DNA from: Candidatus Heimdallarchaeota archaeon
Lineage (GTDB): Archaea > Asgardarchaeota > Heimdallarchaeia > Hodarchaeales > Hodarchaeaceae
Reading direction: 5' to 3'
DNA length: 54,960 bases
Assembly: GCA_020348965.1 (NCBI GenBank)
Contig: CP070760.1
Coordinates: 2,624,298-2,679,257, forward strand
Positions 1-8,841 of the stretch are shown here, in pieces. The translations under genes and the position numbers were made by a program. The number at the start of each line of letters is the position of its first letter. Positions within the stretch are counted from its first letter, which is position 1. Below the pieces are notes generated by a model. It was not told where the DNA came from, did not search any database, and saw only the letters and a program-made list of their open reading frames with translations.

Positions 1-64
1 GATGGCATAATATTATAAATCTAAACCTTCTTGAGCGCCTCGCTATAAAAAACTGTATTAAAAA

Positions 65-247
65 GCCACTGTGGCTTAGTTTTTGGTAGATGACTGGGAT
101 TCTAGTGTCTACCAGACAGAGTAGCCGGGTTATAGCGCCTCCTTGGTAATTTTCTTCCCTATTTCGGGAGAGAAACAATCAGGAGGATGTCGTGGGTTCA
201 AAATACGGTAACCTTGCGGGGTATCTATGAAATTCCCACCAGTGGCT
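65..247 (+). tRNA. tRNA-Thr (anticodon GGT) with three putative introns (approx 91-134 in D-arm, 149-180 at canonical 37/38, 203-233 in T-loop)
   Basis: Acceptor stem GCCACTG (65-71) pairs with CAGTGGC (240-246), discriminator T247. D-stem GCTT/GAGC forms only after removing 91-134. Anticodon stem CCTCC (138-142)/GGAGG (182-186) with loop TTGGTA..A. T-stem GTGGG (192-196)/CCCAC (235-239) with T-loop TTCAAA..T. Spliced length is 76 nt. The canonical intron folds as a relaxed bulge-helix-bulge with a 9-bp helix 150-158/166-174. Confidence 0.7.
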
Positions 248-250
248 CTA

Positions 251-257
251 TTTTTTT
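251..257 (+). terminator. Oligo-T tract directly after the tRNA, likely archaeal terminator
   Basis: Seven consecutive T 4 nt after the discriminator base. Archaeal RNAP terminates at oligo-T tracts. Confidence 0.4.
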
Positions 258-293
258 CCTTCCTTCACTTATAAAAAGGATCGAGGCGATCAT

Positions 294-923
294 TTGGATT
301 ACAAAGCCTTGTTTGAATTATGGTTGAAAGAAAGGGCGAGTCTACCACTTCTTGAGATACCTGGAGATTTTTATATTTCCATGGATGGGAAATTAGCAAA
401 ACTTTATCGAAAATCTCAGAAACAAGAATGGAGAGAGCTAGCAGCAGAAATTATAGAAAGAATGGAGTTCCTTAGAAAGGATCTAGCACAGGTTCGATTA
501 TCAAAAATTCTTAACTCGGTAATTTACAATGTTCCTATTGATACAAAGGTTCTTACGTGGGGTGAACGTCGATTAATCAATAATTTAAAGAAATCTATCG
601 AAATGCTTGGTGTGGAGATACCAAACATTTTAGATACTCAGCAAATTTCTCCAGAAACGAATCATTTAGGAAATTCAGAAGTAGAACCAGCTCAAATTGA
701 GGAGAATAGCGATTTTTTATCCGTTCCTCAAGTGAGTTTGATAATTAGGATTCTTGATGATGTCGAAGCCTTTGTTGGGCTGGATAATAAGCGATATGGG
801 CCGCTAGTAAAACATGATGTTGTAAGTTTACCCGCAGGTAATGCTAAAGCTTTAATTGCAAAAGGAGTGGCAAGAGTAATAGAAACAAAGATAGACAAAT
901 TAATTTCAGGTGAAAAATTGTGA
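294..923 (+). CDS. gins51: GINS complex subunit Gins51 (Gins15 family)
   Basis: A-domain pattern (LFELWLKERASLPLLEIPGDFY, LAQVRLSKIL). C-terminal B-domain (IIRILDDVEAFVGLDNKRYGPLVKHDVVSLPAGNAKALI). TTG start. GTGA overlap with S27e, which is the conserved archaeal gene order. Confidence 0.7.
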   Translation: MDYKALFELWLKERASLPLLEIPGDFYISMDGKLAKLYRKSQKQEWRELAAEIIERMEFLRKDLAQVRLSKILNSVIYNVPIDTKVLTWGERRLINNLKKSIEMLGVEIPNILDTQQISPETNHLGNSEVEPAQIEENSDFLSVPQVSLIIRILDDVEAFVGLDNKRYGPLVKHDVVSLPAGNAKALIAKGVARVIETKIDKLISGEKL

Positions 924-1108
924 AGAGAAGTTATATACCTCAACCGCGCTCACATTTCTTGAGAATAACTTGTGAATGTGGGAATGTTCAAGAGGTTTTT
1001 TCCCACGCCACAACAAATGTGGTTTGTCGAGTTTGTGGAAAAACACTGGCTGAACCTAGTGGGGGAATAGCTAAAATTTATGGTTCTGTAATAGAGGTTC
1101 TAGACTGA
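920..1108 (+). CDS. rps27e: 30S ribosomal protein S27e
   Basis: 62 aa with a C4 zinc ribbon (CECG...CRVCG) and S27e signatures PRSHFLRITC and LAEPSGGIAKI. GTG start. Confidence 0.9.
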   Translation: MKRSYIPQPRSHFLRITCECGNVQEVFSHATTNVVCRVCGKTLAEPSGGIAKIYGSVIEVLD

Positions 1109-1123
1109 GATAGGTGAGAGTAA

Positions 1124-1909
1124 ATGGAGTTAAATTTTCCACGCGTGGGTGAACTTGTCATCGGAACATGTACTAAGTTAACACCCCATGGGGCATATTT
1201 TGAAATCTTTGATTATGAAAAGCTCGGTTCAGAAGCAGGATTTGTTCATATCTCGGAATTAAGTCGGACTTGGGTACGAAATATTCGGAGTCACATCCGA
1301 GAGGGACAGAGAGCTGTATCGAAAATACTTCGAGTTGATACAGCACGCGGAGAGATAGATATGTCCATCCGAAGAGTATCAGAGCCTCAACGTAGAATGA
1401 AGCTTAATGAATTCAAACAGGAGAATCGTGCTCGTGGGATTGTGGCAGTTGCCTGTGAAAATGTCGATATTTCAGCTGAATCCGTTGAGGAGACGCTATT
1501 GGGGAATTTTAACTCAATATATGAGGGGTTGATAAAAGCAAGAGAAGGAGAAGTGGCATTACTTACTGAGATCGGAATTCCTGAAGTGGCAGCAAAGAAA
1601 ATCCATCAATTAGCTGTGAAAGAACTACAACCTCCTACTGTTCAATTAGCGGGACTTGTGACAATAACATGCTACGAATCAAATGGTGTTGAAATTCTAA
1701 AAGAATTCTTCAAAACTTATAATAAAAGCTTTAATAAAAAGCATAAAGGTTCTAAGATTAATATTCAAATTATTTCCCCTCCTGAGTATCGTTGCATGAT
1801 CGAAAGTGGGGATTGGAAAACAGCCGAAGGCATTTGGAAAGAAATACAGGAAGAATCAAACCAATTCTTTAGTCCTTATGATGCTGAATGTTCTTTTGAA
1901 CGACAATAA
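1124..1909 (+). CDS. eif2a: Translation initiation factor aIF2 alpha subunit
   Basis: N-terminal S1 fold (PRVGELVIGTCTKLTPHGAYFEI...GFVHISELS..WVRNIRSHIREGQ) and typical length. GGTGA Shine-Dalgarno upstream. Confidence 0.9.
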   Translation: MELNFPRVGELVIGTCTKLTPHGAYFEIFDYEKLGSEAGFVHISELSRTWVRNIRSHIREGQRAVSKILRVDTARGEIDMSIRRVSEPQRRMKLNEFKQENRARGIVAVACENVDISAESVEETLLGNFNSIYEGLIKAREGEVALLTEIGIPEVAAKKIHQLAVKELQPPTVQLAGLVTITCYESNGVEILKEFFKTYNKSFNKKHKGSKINIQIISPPEYRCMIESGDWKTAEGIWKEIQEESNQFFSPYDAECSFERQ

Positions 1910-1934
1910 GTTTCAAACTGCTGTTGGGACACAT

Positions 1935-2111
1935 ATGCGATTGTTAAGAAAGTGTAAATGTAGCTACACCATGGATCAATCTAAAGAATTGTGTGACAAA
2001 TGCGGTTACAGATTTCACAGTGCCTATCCTCCAAAATATTCTCCTCATGACAAATATGCTGATTATCGGAGAAAAATGAAGGAGCATGCCAAGCAGCAGG
2101 GATTGTTATGA
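1935..2111 (+). CDS. nop10: H/ACA RNP protein Nop10
   Basis: 58 aa MRLLRKCKC..YT...CDKCG...SAYPPKYSPHDKYADYRR. The track ORF (1806-2111) is trimmed to the internal ATG because its upstream part overlaps the eIF2alpha 3' end. Confidence 0.9.
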   Translation: MRLLRKCKCSYTMDQSKELCDKCGYRFHSAYPPKYSPHDKYADYRRKMKEHAKQQGLL

Positions 2112-2611
2112 CAGAACAGTCGTCTGTAATATTCCGAAGGTTTGAACTTAAGGATCTCGACCAAGTAATGGAGATTAATAAACAAACTTTACCCGAAAAC
2201 TATCCAGAAAGATTCTTTCGGACTATTTTTTCCGAATTGCCTTCTGCGTTCCTGATTTGCGAGATCAATGGAGATGTAGTCGGGTACACTATGGCTCGTT
2301 TAGAGAAAGGATTAAGTCATTATTCTATTTTTCATCGTGCGAAAAAGGGACATACCGTAAGTGTGGCAGTAAAACCAGAATATCGAAGGAGGGGCTTAGC
2401 AACAAAACTTTTAAAGGGATCTATTAATGCTATGATCGAACATGGAGCTACCGAACTCTTCCTTGAAGTTCGAGTCTCAAATTCAGCCGCAGTTAACCTT
2501 TACAAATCTTTAGGTTATGAAATCTTGAAAGAAATTCGCCATTATTATCGAAATTATGAAAGTGCTTATTTAATGGTTCAGAAAATCACTAAGAACTCAA
2601 AAAAGGGTTAA
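2108..2611 (+). CDS. N-alpha-acetyltransferase, Ard1/Naa10 (RimI-like) GNAT family
   Basis: GNAT acetyl-CoA motif (VAVKPEYRRRGLATKLL), plus LPENYP and LEVRVSNSAAVNLYKSLGY. ATGA overlap with nop10. Confidence 0.8.
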   Translation: MTEQSSVIFRRFELKDLDQVMEINKQTLPENYPERFFRTIFSELPSAFLICEINGDVVGYTMARLEKGLSHYSIFHRAKKGHTVSVAVKPEYRRRGLATKLLKGSINAMIEHGATELFLEVRVSNSAAVNLYKSLGYEILKEIRHYYRNYESAYLMVQKITKNSKKG

Positions 2612-3034
2612 TTATCAAAAATTAAAGGAGGAAATGTCTTAGGACATTAGGATCGGGAGAAATGCTAAGAGTAATGCACATTCAAGTAAGACGCAGTTCA
2701 AACCAATAGATGCAATAACAACGACCACATTAATCTTCTTAATCTCTAAGCAAAATACTTCTCAGATTGTTTCTAAATAACTATGGAATTTAACATTTTT
2801 CTCAACGGTCAATTCTCATCCTCATAGCTCCTTTAATGATGAGGGTTTACAAGTTAGAGAAGGAGAAATAACCTAAGCAAACGTTAAAAAACGCCCAAAC
2901 ATAAAGCTTTAAAAGGACAGAAAACGTGGCTAGTGTAAATAGGAAAAGAAAGTCTGGTTTAAAGGACTTAATACCTATATACTAATGGTACCTTCCTGAA
3001 ACTAGCAATATTTCCAACGATGGTGGTTTAATTC

Positions 3035-4021
3035 TTGAAAGAATACTTCATAAAGGCTAGCGATGCCTTAACAGGGTTGAATAATAGTGTTTCGACCAAT
3101 GCCCGAAGTGTTGCTGATATAACGATCAAAATTTATACAAAATTTGAAGAAATCCGATACATGAGTGAATCTATTCCTGACTACATTCTTCATCCTGATC
3201 AAACTAAGTCCAATTTGAAAGCGAGTGGCGAGATCAGAGTCGCCCAACTCCTTTCCTCAATCCTATGTGAACGAATTGCTGATCACTCAAAACGATTAGC
3301 CGAAGATCTAGATTTCGGGGAAGAGGGTCTGAATGTTCGCGAGGAAATACGCGAAATTCAAGATCAAATTAACCGATTGAACGAAGTTGTTCAAGTTCAA
3401 AAGAAATTAGCTGATGGTGCTCCTGTTTCAACCGAGAGTATTAAGGATCTGCAGAAAAAATATAATACTCGAATAAATCAGTTGGAAGAAGAACTTCTTC
3501 GAAAGGAAGGTCGTGCATTAACTATAACTGCTTTAGATGCCACAAAGAAACCCAGACTATTCGGAAAAAAGAAGTTTGAGGAAAACTTAGGTGATCTTGT
3601 GTTAGAATATGGAAAAAATCTTCGTGCAAGTTCTGGAGGATATATCTCGCTTGCACATTTATATACGGCACTCAAGGACCAAGTTCCAGATATCGAGTTT
3701 TCAGCCAAAGATCTTGAAAACGCATGTAAACGTCTCAAAAAACAATCTCTTATTGAAGGAATTACGAAAAGATCAGGAGTTAAGATAGTTGAATTTGTTC
3801 CAGTCACTCTCGGAAGTGATGCAAGGAAAGTTTTTGACTTAGCGGTTAGTAAAGGATATGTTACCTTAGAAGAAGTTGTTTTGGGGACAAAATGGGATCA
3901 ACAACGCGTGATCCGCGTTCTTGAAAGCCTTGTATCACAGAAGGTTGCACGAAAGGTTTCTTCTCTTGATACAGGAGATCAATATTATTTTCCAGGATTA
4001 TATGGAGACAGTGATTGGTAG
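3035..4021 (+). CDS. ESCRT-II Vps22/Snf8-like EAP30-domain protein with N-terminal coiled-coil extension
   Basis: The C-terminal about 150 aa align by eye with the tandem winged helices of Snf8/Vps22 (SGGYISLAHLY, SAKDLENACKRLKK, GYVTLEEVVLGTKWDQQRVIRVLESLV, QYYFPGLY). Start is uncertain: TTG at 3035 or ATG at 3161. Confidence 0.75.
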   Translation: MKEYFIKASDALTGLNNSVSTNARSVADITIKIYTKFEEIRYMSESIPDYILHPDQTKSNLKASGEIRVAQLLSSILCERIADHSKRLAEDLDFGEEGLNVREEIREIQDQINRLNEVVQVQKKLADGAPVSTESIKDLQKKYNTRINQLEEELLRKEGRALTITALDATKKPRLFGKKKFEENLGDLVLEYGKNLRASSGGYISLAHLYTALKDQVPDIEFSAKDLENACKRLKKQSLIEGITKRSGVKIVEFVPVTLGSDARKVFDLAVSKGYVTLEEVVLGTKWDQQRVIRVLESLVSQKVARKVSSLDTGDQYYFPGLYGDSDW

Positions 4022-4026
4022 GTGAA

Positions 4027-4917
4027 ATGATGGCAGAAGTAGAGAAATTTGGTGGATTATTTCACAGGATAGGAGACGCAGTTCATATTGGAACTAAAAA
4101 ATTCAAAGGAAAAGCGATTTTAAGCTCAGATTTCAGTGACGATGCAGAAAGTTCTTTAATTAATCGCTTAAAATCCGAGGATTATGATAGTTTTCGGAAG
4201 TTCGATGGTTTCATTGTTAAAGATCCAGAGAATGCAATTCTATTACAATCTGGAAGTCTAGTAGGTGTTGCTGGTAGCGGTATTTATGAACTTGACAAAC
4301 CAGCAAAACGTCCTGGTAGTGAGATAATTTGGGTAACTAAGCGTGAATTCATAATCAAATGGGGTTCACCAGGAATATACACATCTGATAATATCATGGT
4401 TGGATGTTATGGTATTTCACGCATGAGGGTTGTGAATCCTCGTAATTTTATAATGAATGTTGTTTCACACAAACAATATTATTCGGGAGAAGAATTGAAG
4501 AATTGGGTAAAACAAACTATAATTGCAGCAGTAAAGCACGTAATGTCACGTTATACGGTTCCCGAGTTATTAAAAGAACGTCGAAGTCTAGAAATACAAA
4601 CCCGTTCTGAATTAGGTCCTGAAACGTCCCGTTGGGGTTTAGAACTTGTTGGATTGGACATTGGGGGTTTTAAAGTGCCTGATGAATATCAAGCGCTCCT
4701 ATCCTATGAGGTCGAGAAACAAGTTTTAGCACAACAGCGAGAATTAGCGGAAGAGAGAAAGGAAATCGATGATGTTGCAGAGAAAGTGACGAAATACGAA
4801 CGAATGCTTGAACAAGCTGATGAGATGTTTCTCAGTGGTAAGATTTCCGAAGAAAAATACAAAAAGCTCACAGATAAATATTCTAAGAAGTTAGCACAAT
4901 TTAAGTCACAAATCTGA
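4027..4917 (+). CDS. SPFH/band-7-like protein (YdjI-type) with C-terminal coiled coil
   Basis: Pattern typical of the SPFH 'Band_7_1' family (IIWVTKREFIIKWGSPGIYTSDN..GCYGISRMRVVNPRNFI), then a heptad-rich tail. ATG 4027 is preferred over TTG 4015, which overlaps the end of the Vps22-like gene. Confidence 0.6.
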   Translation: MMAEVEKFGGLFHRIGDAVHIGTKKFKGKAILSSDFSDDAESSLINRLKSEDYDSFRKFDGFIVKDPENAILLQSGSLVGVAGSGIYELDKPAKRPGSEIIWVTKREFIIKWGSPGIYTSDNIMVGCYGISRMRVVNPRNFIMNVVSHKQYYSGEELKNWVKQTIIAAVKHVMSRYTVPELLKERRSLEIQTRSELGPETSRWGLELVGLDIGGFKVPDEYQALLSYEVEKQVLAQQRELAEERKEIDDVAEKVTKYERMLEQADEMFLSGKISEEKYKKLTDKYSKKLAQFKSQI

Positions 4918-4937
4918 TGAGGAGTATCTTTGGTTTA

Positions 4938-6689
4938 TTAGGTCTCTTCTGTCAGATTCCCACCACATTCAGGACAAAAAGCCATTCCAACTGCACTTAT
5001 TTCTTCGTAACACTCACTACACACTTTTTTTGCACAAGACATGCATGAGAAACTAATAGTGTTGGATCGAGGAAGTTCACAGACACCACAAAGAAACCCT
5101 ACTTGACGTTTTTTTAGTTGAAACGTCAGATCACGAATATTTATCTTCCCCTGGATCGTTCCATGCAATATATATTGTTCTAGCAATTCAATTGTATCAC
5201 TATCCGAATAGTTCGAAAGTGAAATAATCCTTTTAAGAGGAATATCGGTTTCGACTGTTTGATCAAAAAATTCCGATAATCTTGGATCTAATTGCAAGGT
5301 TTCCAGTGCAATGGGTTCGTATTCCGTCCATCCCATTTTAAGGGGACCTTTTTTACAGAAATAACATTCTTCTGTATCTGTTAAGTTAAAGGAATGAGTG
5401 TAATTAACCTTACAATGTGGACAGAACCTTGGAAGATCGATTATAAAGGCTGATATATTACCGCAAAAAGGACATTCATGTTTACTTCCTGTTGAACGGC
5501 AATTGGAACACATAACCCGCCTGCAATTTTGGCATTCAAAATAAAGATGAGGATCAGTATAATCAGAAGTATCTACTTGACAAAAAATGTTAAAGTGTCT
5601 TACTCCCTTAACTAAAAACGGATTAGAAAATTCTCCAGCAATAAGTCGAAGTCTGAGAAGTTTTGCCAACTTCTGAATTTGATCTAAGAGTTGAAGTGGA
5701 TATAGATTCAGTTTTAATGCTAGACCCTCAATGTCAATTCCATTCTCAAACCAATCATTTAAGGAGGGAGCAATAAAATCTTCCGATGTCAAGGTTCCTT
5801 CTAAGCTCTGGTTTAATACATTCAACAAGTTGATAAAGTCAGCTCTATCTACATCAAGCCGATGAAGCCAGAATTCAATAGGAATGCTTTGGTAAACAAA
5901 GATATCCTTTAGAACTTGGTTAATAATATTCAATGTCAGGTACAGGTATTCATAATTGCTAGAGAAGATGAAGTTGATTTCACTTCGGTGTCTTTCCAGA
6001 AGTTCCAAACATTCGTCTTTAGGAAGTTTGGTTAATTTACTTACATGGATTAGTGCAACTTCTGATTCTAATTGAAAACTTGTATTCATGAAACGAACAA
6101 GAAATTGGACATTTTTCTTCTCATCAGCGGAAGAATCGAAGTTTAAAGAAGTTAAATTATAAATACGTTGTTTAAGTGGATCAATGTAACCGATAAATTG
6201 ATTATTTTGAGCCATGAAGTCCAATATACCTTCCAAGTGGTCTTCAGTCCAATATAGCTGGTTTAAAAGAAATTTCAAATCGATCGCTGTTGTTGTGCCT
6301 AATTTCTGTTTAATTTCTGACATTGCTCCACGTAAAGTGAAGAATTTTCGAGGAATCACATCAAAAAATCCTTCAACATCTTGTACATTCAAGACAATTT
6401 GGCGTTCTAGCAGCTTACCTGGTAAATTGGTAATATCAATTAGATCACATATGTCTACAAAGCCTTTAGTTGCCAATTCGCGGGAGATTAAACGTTGGAG
6501 GAATCTAGTTGGGATAAACAATTCATCATCGACGCTGACAAAACCATATATTTCTTTTGTACCGATTTTAGAACGTAAAAATGTAGCGATTTCATCTGAT
6601 CTCCCTCTTGGAGTCATTTCACGCAATGGGAGCGGCTGCTCTGCTGCTTGGGCTTTCACGAGCCACTGTTGATTCTTTCTCCCAAACAT
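4938..6689 (-). CDS. Large helical/winged-helix-like protein with two Cys-rich zinc modules; C-terminal C4C4 RING-like; candidate E3 ligase
   Basis: C-terminal C-x2-C-x11-C-x2-C-x4-C-x2-C-x11-C-x2-C (nt 4965-5090). Central cluster of five CxxC pairs (approx nt 5345-5537). Sits next to the E1/Ubl/E2 genes. The function is inferred only. Confidence 0.5.
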   Translation of the reverse strand: MFGRKNQQWLVKAQAAEQPLPLREMTPRGRSDEIATFLRSKIGTKEIYGFVSVDDELFIPTRFLQRLISRELATKGFVDICDLIDITNLPGKLLERQIVLNVQDVEGFFDVIPRKFFTLRGAMSEIKQKLGTTTAIDLKFLLNQLYWTEDHLEGILDFMAQNNQFIGYIDPLKQRIYNLTSLNFDSSADEKKNVQFLVRFMNTSFQLESEVALIHVSKLTKLPKDECLELLERHRSEINFIFSSNYEYLYLTLNIINQVLKDIFVYQSIPIEFWLHRLDVDRADFINLLNVLNQSLEGTLTSEDFIAPSLNDWFENGIDIEGLALKLNLYPLQLLDQIQKLAKLLRLRLIAGEFSNPFLVKGVRHFNIFCQVDTSDYTDPHLYFECQNCRRVMCSNCRSTGSKHECPFCGNISAFIIDLPRFCPHCKVNYTHSFNLTDTEECYFCKKGPLKMGWTEYEPIALETLQLDPRLSEFFDQTVETDIPLKRIISLSNYSDSDTIELLEQYILHGTIQGKINIRDLTFQLKKRQVGFLCGVCELPRSNTISFSCMSCAKKVCSECYEEISAVGMAFCPECGGNLTEET

Positions 6690-6873
6690 TGGTTTCGACC
6701 ATAATTCTAACTATTTCTTAACTGAAAGTTCTAAAAGTTCTGCATCTTCAGCTGATAAATTATCAATGGCATTTAACAATTATTGACGAGTTCGTGTTAA
6801 ACTTATTAAAGTGAGTGTTATTAACTATTATGAAAGAGTAAAAGGTCAATCAAAAACTAGAGGAAAATGATCA

Positions 6874-7191
6874 ATGAGTCACCAAAACATTAAGTGTTCA
6901 AAATGCGGCTATATTCCACGAGATCAACCTGTTTCTGGGGCTTGGTATTGCCCTAAATGTGGAAAGCGTATGACAATTGGGTCTTCTCGTCCTAAAACAA
7001 CCCGAAAATTCTATCGAAAACCTGTTACCGTTCAGAAATCACGAGATCAAGTCACAAGTCAGATTTATAGGAAGTTAGCTGTTGATAAACCAACAGATCT
7101 CGGTTTAAAAGAATCTTACATAAATCCAAAGGTTGATCCAATCTTTCCTAAGCGTAGAGATAAAATGCGATTATTCTATAAAAAGGATTAA
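6874..7191 (+). CDS. Small zinc-ribbon protein with a basic tail, function unknown
   Basis: CSKCG-x16-CPKCG ribbon at the N-terminus, then a Lys/Arg-rich tail. GAGGA Shine-Dalgarno upstream of the ATG. Confidence 0.5.
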   Translation: MSHQNIKCSKCGYIPRDQPVSGAWYCPKCGKRMTIGSSRPKTTRKFYRKPVTVQKSRDQVTSQIYRKLAVDKPTDLGLKESYINPKVDPIFPKRRDKMRLFYKKD

Positions 7192-7229
7192 AGTCTCACT
7201 AAGTAATATTGTACTAAAAGGGAGATTAC

Positions 7230-8459
7230 CTACTTCTGGAATTTAATTTGCAATCGAATTTCCTCATCACCAACCAATGAGCTTAAAGTTATCCGATCAC
7301 CATCCGAGAGAAAGTCTGCTATGATTCCATCTTCAGGGAGAAGTTTATTGCCAAGAAATCCAACAGTATCTTTACTTTTCTTAGGTTGAGTTTTCTCAAA
7401 TAAAGTCTTGAATTTTGAGGATGGATCAACCTCTACTTCAAAAAATGTTTGAGAATCAATTGTGGGTTGACCACAAACAAGACAATTAGGATCAGGAACC
7501 ATCTCAAAAGTGTTTATTGACCCAGTCAAGGCTGAATAAATAAAAAGCGAAGGGATTCTAAATCTGTGAGTATCAATCAAGAAATCTAGTCTTTTCATTT
7601 CGTTTTTTTTAAAAGACGTTCTCTTTTCTAGAAAAAGAGCTTTCAGGATTTCTTGGGATTGTATTCCACTGGTTACTGCATTAACAGTTATTAAACTAGG
7701 TACACGGAAAAGTATTAGTTGCAGGAGTTCTTTTTCGTCGAAATTACTATAGTTATATTTTTTAGCATATTTATTAGCAAAATTCGTGAGTATGGAAAGA
7801 TCCTCTTGAGAGGTTTCTAATGGTTCGCGATCATATGACGTGTTGAAGTCGTAGAGTGCTTTCCATGCACAATGTTCTCTTTGGCGGGGAGCCCCCACGA
7901 GTGTACATGGAGCTGTCAATATACGAGTTTCGTCCGGAGGAGCCGGATTATCACAGGCAAGACAGGCTGTTTTTCTAGGATTAATATATTGTACTTGGCC
8001 AAAAAAACCATCTGTAGCAGAATCGATCAGCGGTTTATTCAATTCAACCGCCATCGCATTAATAAATTGCCTTGCCAAGAAATTATCAACACACCCAGCA
8101 ATGATATCTACCTCCCGAAAAGCTCTTTGAGGGATTCTTTGAAGAATATCAGGAAAACTCTCAATTTTAATATCGGGATTATATTGTTCCTGAATTCTCA
8201 TTCTTGCGATTTCTGACTTTTTCTCGCCAACATCTTCTTCTCTGAATAACATTTGACGATTTAAGTTTGAAAACTCAATGGTGTCCGCGTCGACCAAAAT
8301 TAATTTCCCAGTGCCTAAAAGAGCTAAATTTTTTGCTACCTCGCTGCCTGTCCCCCCAACTCCTGCAATTAAAATTTGACTGTCTTCAATAATTTGCTGA
8401 TCCCAAAGAGACAATCTTTTTTGACGGTCATATTTAGAAGAAGGAAGATCTTGTGACAT
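7230..8459 (-). CDS. Ubiquitin-activating enzyme E1-like (ThiF/MoeB/UBA fold with C-terminal ubiquitin-fold-like domain)
   Basis: Nucleotide loop GVGGTGSEVAKNLALLG and DADTIEFSNLNRQ. Eukaryote-like catalytic-Cys segment TAPCTLVGAPRQREHCAWKA. Zn pairs CLAC and CLVC. Confidence 0.85.
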   Translation of the reverse strand: MSQDLPSSKYDRQKRLSLWDQQIIEDSQILIAGVGGTGSEVAKNLALLGTGKLILVDADTIEFSNLNRQMLFREEDVGEKKSEIARMRIQEQYNPDIKIESFPDILQRIPQRAFREVDIIAGCVDNFLARQFINAMAVELNKPLIDSATDGFFGQVQYINPRKTACLACDNPAPPDETRILTAPCTLVGAPRQREHCAWKALYDFNTSYDREPLETSQEDLSILTNFANKYAKKYNYSNFDEKELLQLILFRVPSLITVNAVTSGIQSQEILKALFLEKRTSFKKNEMKRLDFLIDTHRFRIPSLFIYSALTGSINTFEMVPDPNCLVCGQPTIDSQTFFEVEVDPSSKFKTLFEKTQPKKSKDTVGFLGNKLLPEDGIIADFLSDGDRITLSSLVGDEEIRLQIKFQK

Positions 8460-8520
8460 ATCATTGAATTTTCCTTTTGAAAATCTTTGGGATCAGAGAG
8501 TCAGTCTTAAAGAACGAGGT

Positions 8521-8841
8521 CTAACCCCCTTTAATCTGATCAGGAACGATCATGAGGATCGCATTCTGTTCTATTCCATAAGAGGAAAGATTATTCGAGG
8601 GATTCATTCGCCGACCTTTGAATAATAGGGCGATGGGTACTACTTCTGGAATGTTGAAAGCATCTCTAGCCGCATTGATAGCTTGAAATACTGTCCCGTT
8701 GATATTGATGTATTTTTCCCGAATATTTTGATCTGGGGGGAGTTGTGGATCTTTAAATCGTACTTTTATCATTTTTTCAATACCACTATCAGGAGCTTTT
8801 CCTGGAGTAGTAGAATCCCAAATGACATCCTTTTTACTCAT
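8521..8841 (-). CDS. Ubiquitin-like beta-grasp modifier ending in Gly-Gly-stop
   Basis: C-terminus ...MIVPDQIKGG followed directly by the stop. Beta-grasp-sized core from MIKVRFKD. ATG 8841 is preceded by AGGTGA, so it is preferred over GTG 8850. Confidence 0.8.
   Translation of the reverse strand: MSKKDVIWDSTTPGKAPDSGIEKMIKVRFKDPQLPPDQNIREKYININGTVFQAINAARDAFNIPEVVPIALLFKGRRMNPSNNLSSYGIEQNAILMIVPDQIKGG

Noticed and set aside
11-51. TATA-like boxes (TATTATAAAT at 11-20, TATAAAAA at 44-51) as the tRNA promoter
   Set aside because: It is plausible, but the proximal box is too close to the mature 5' end for the usual -26 spacing, and I cannot choose between the two without TSS data.
1806-1934. 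5' extension of the Nop10 ORF (MGIGKQPKAF...)
   Set aside because: It overlaps the eIF2alpha 3' end in another frame. Nop10 is a protein of about 55-60 aa and an internal ATG at 1935 gives exactly that.
2612-3034. Possible C/D-box or H/ACA sRNA in the 422-bp gap after the NAT gene (AATGATGA at about 2836; hairpin AATGTC-ttag-GACATT at about 2631-2648; hairpin CCTCAT...ATGAGG)
   Set aside because: There is no CTGA D box at the right distance, no ACA box with a pseudouridylation pocket, and no K-turn that I could build. It is left unannotated.
6214-6672. 152-aa plus-strand ORF inside the 583-aa gene
   Set aside because: It is antisense to a clearly coding Cys-motif-rich gene, with an odd Ser/Ile-rich composition and no motifs.
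7872-8216. 114-aa ORF antisense to the E1 gene
   Set aside because: It is antisense to a strongly supported CDS and has no motifs.
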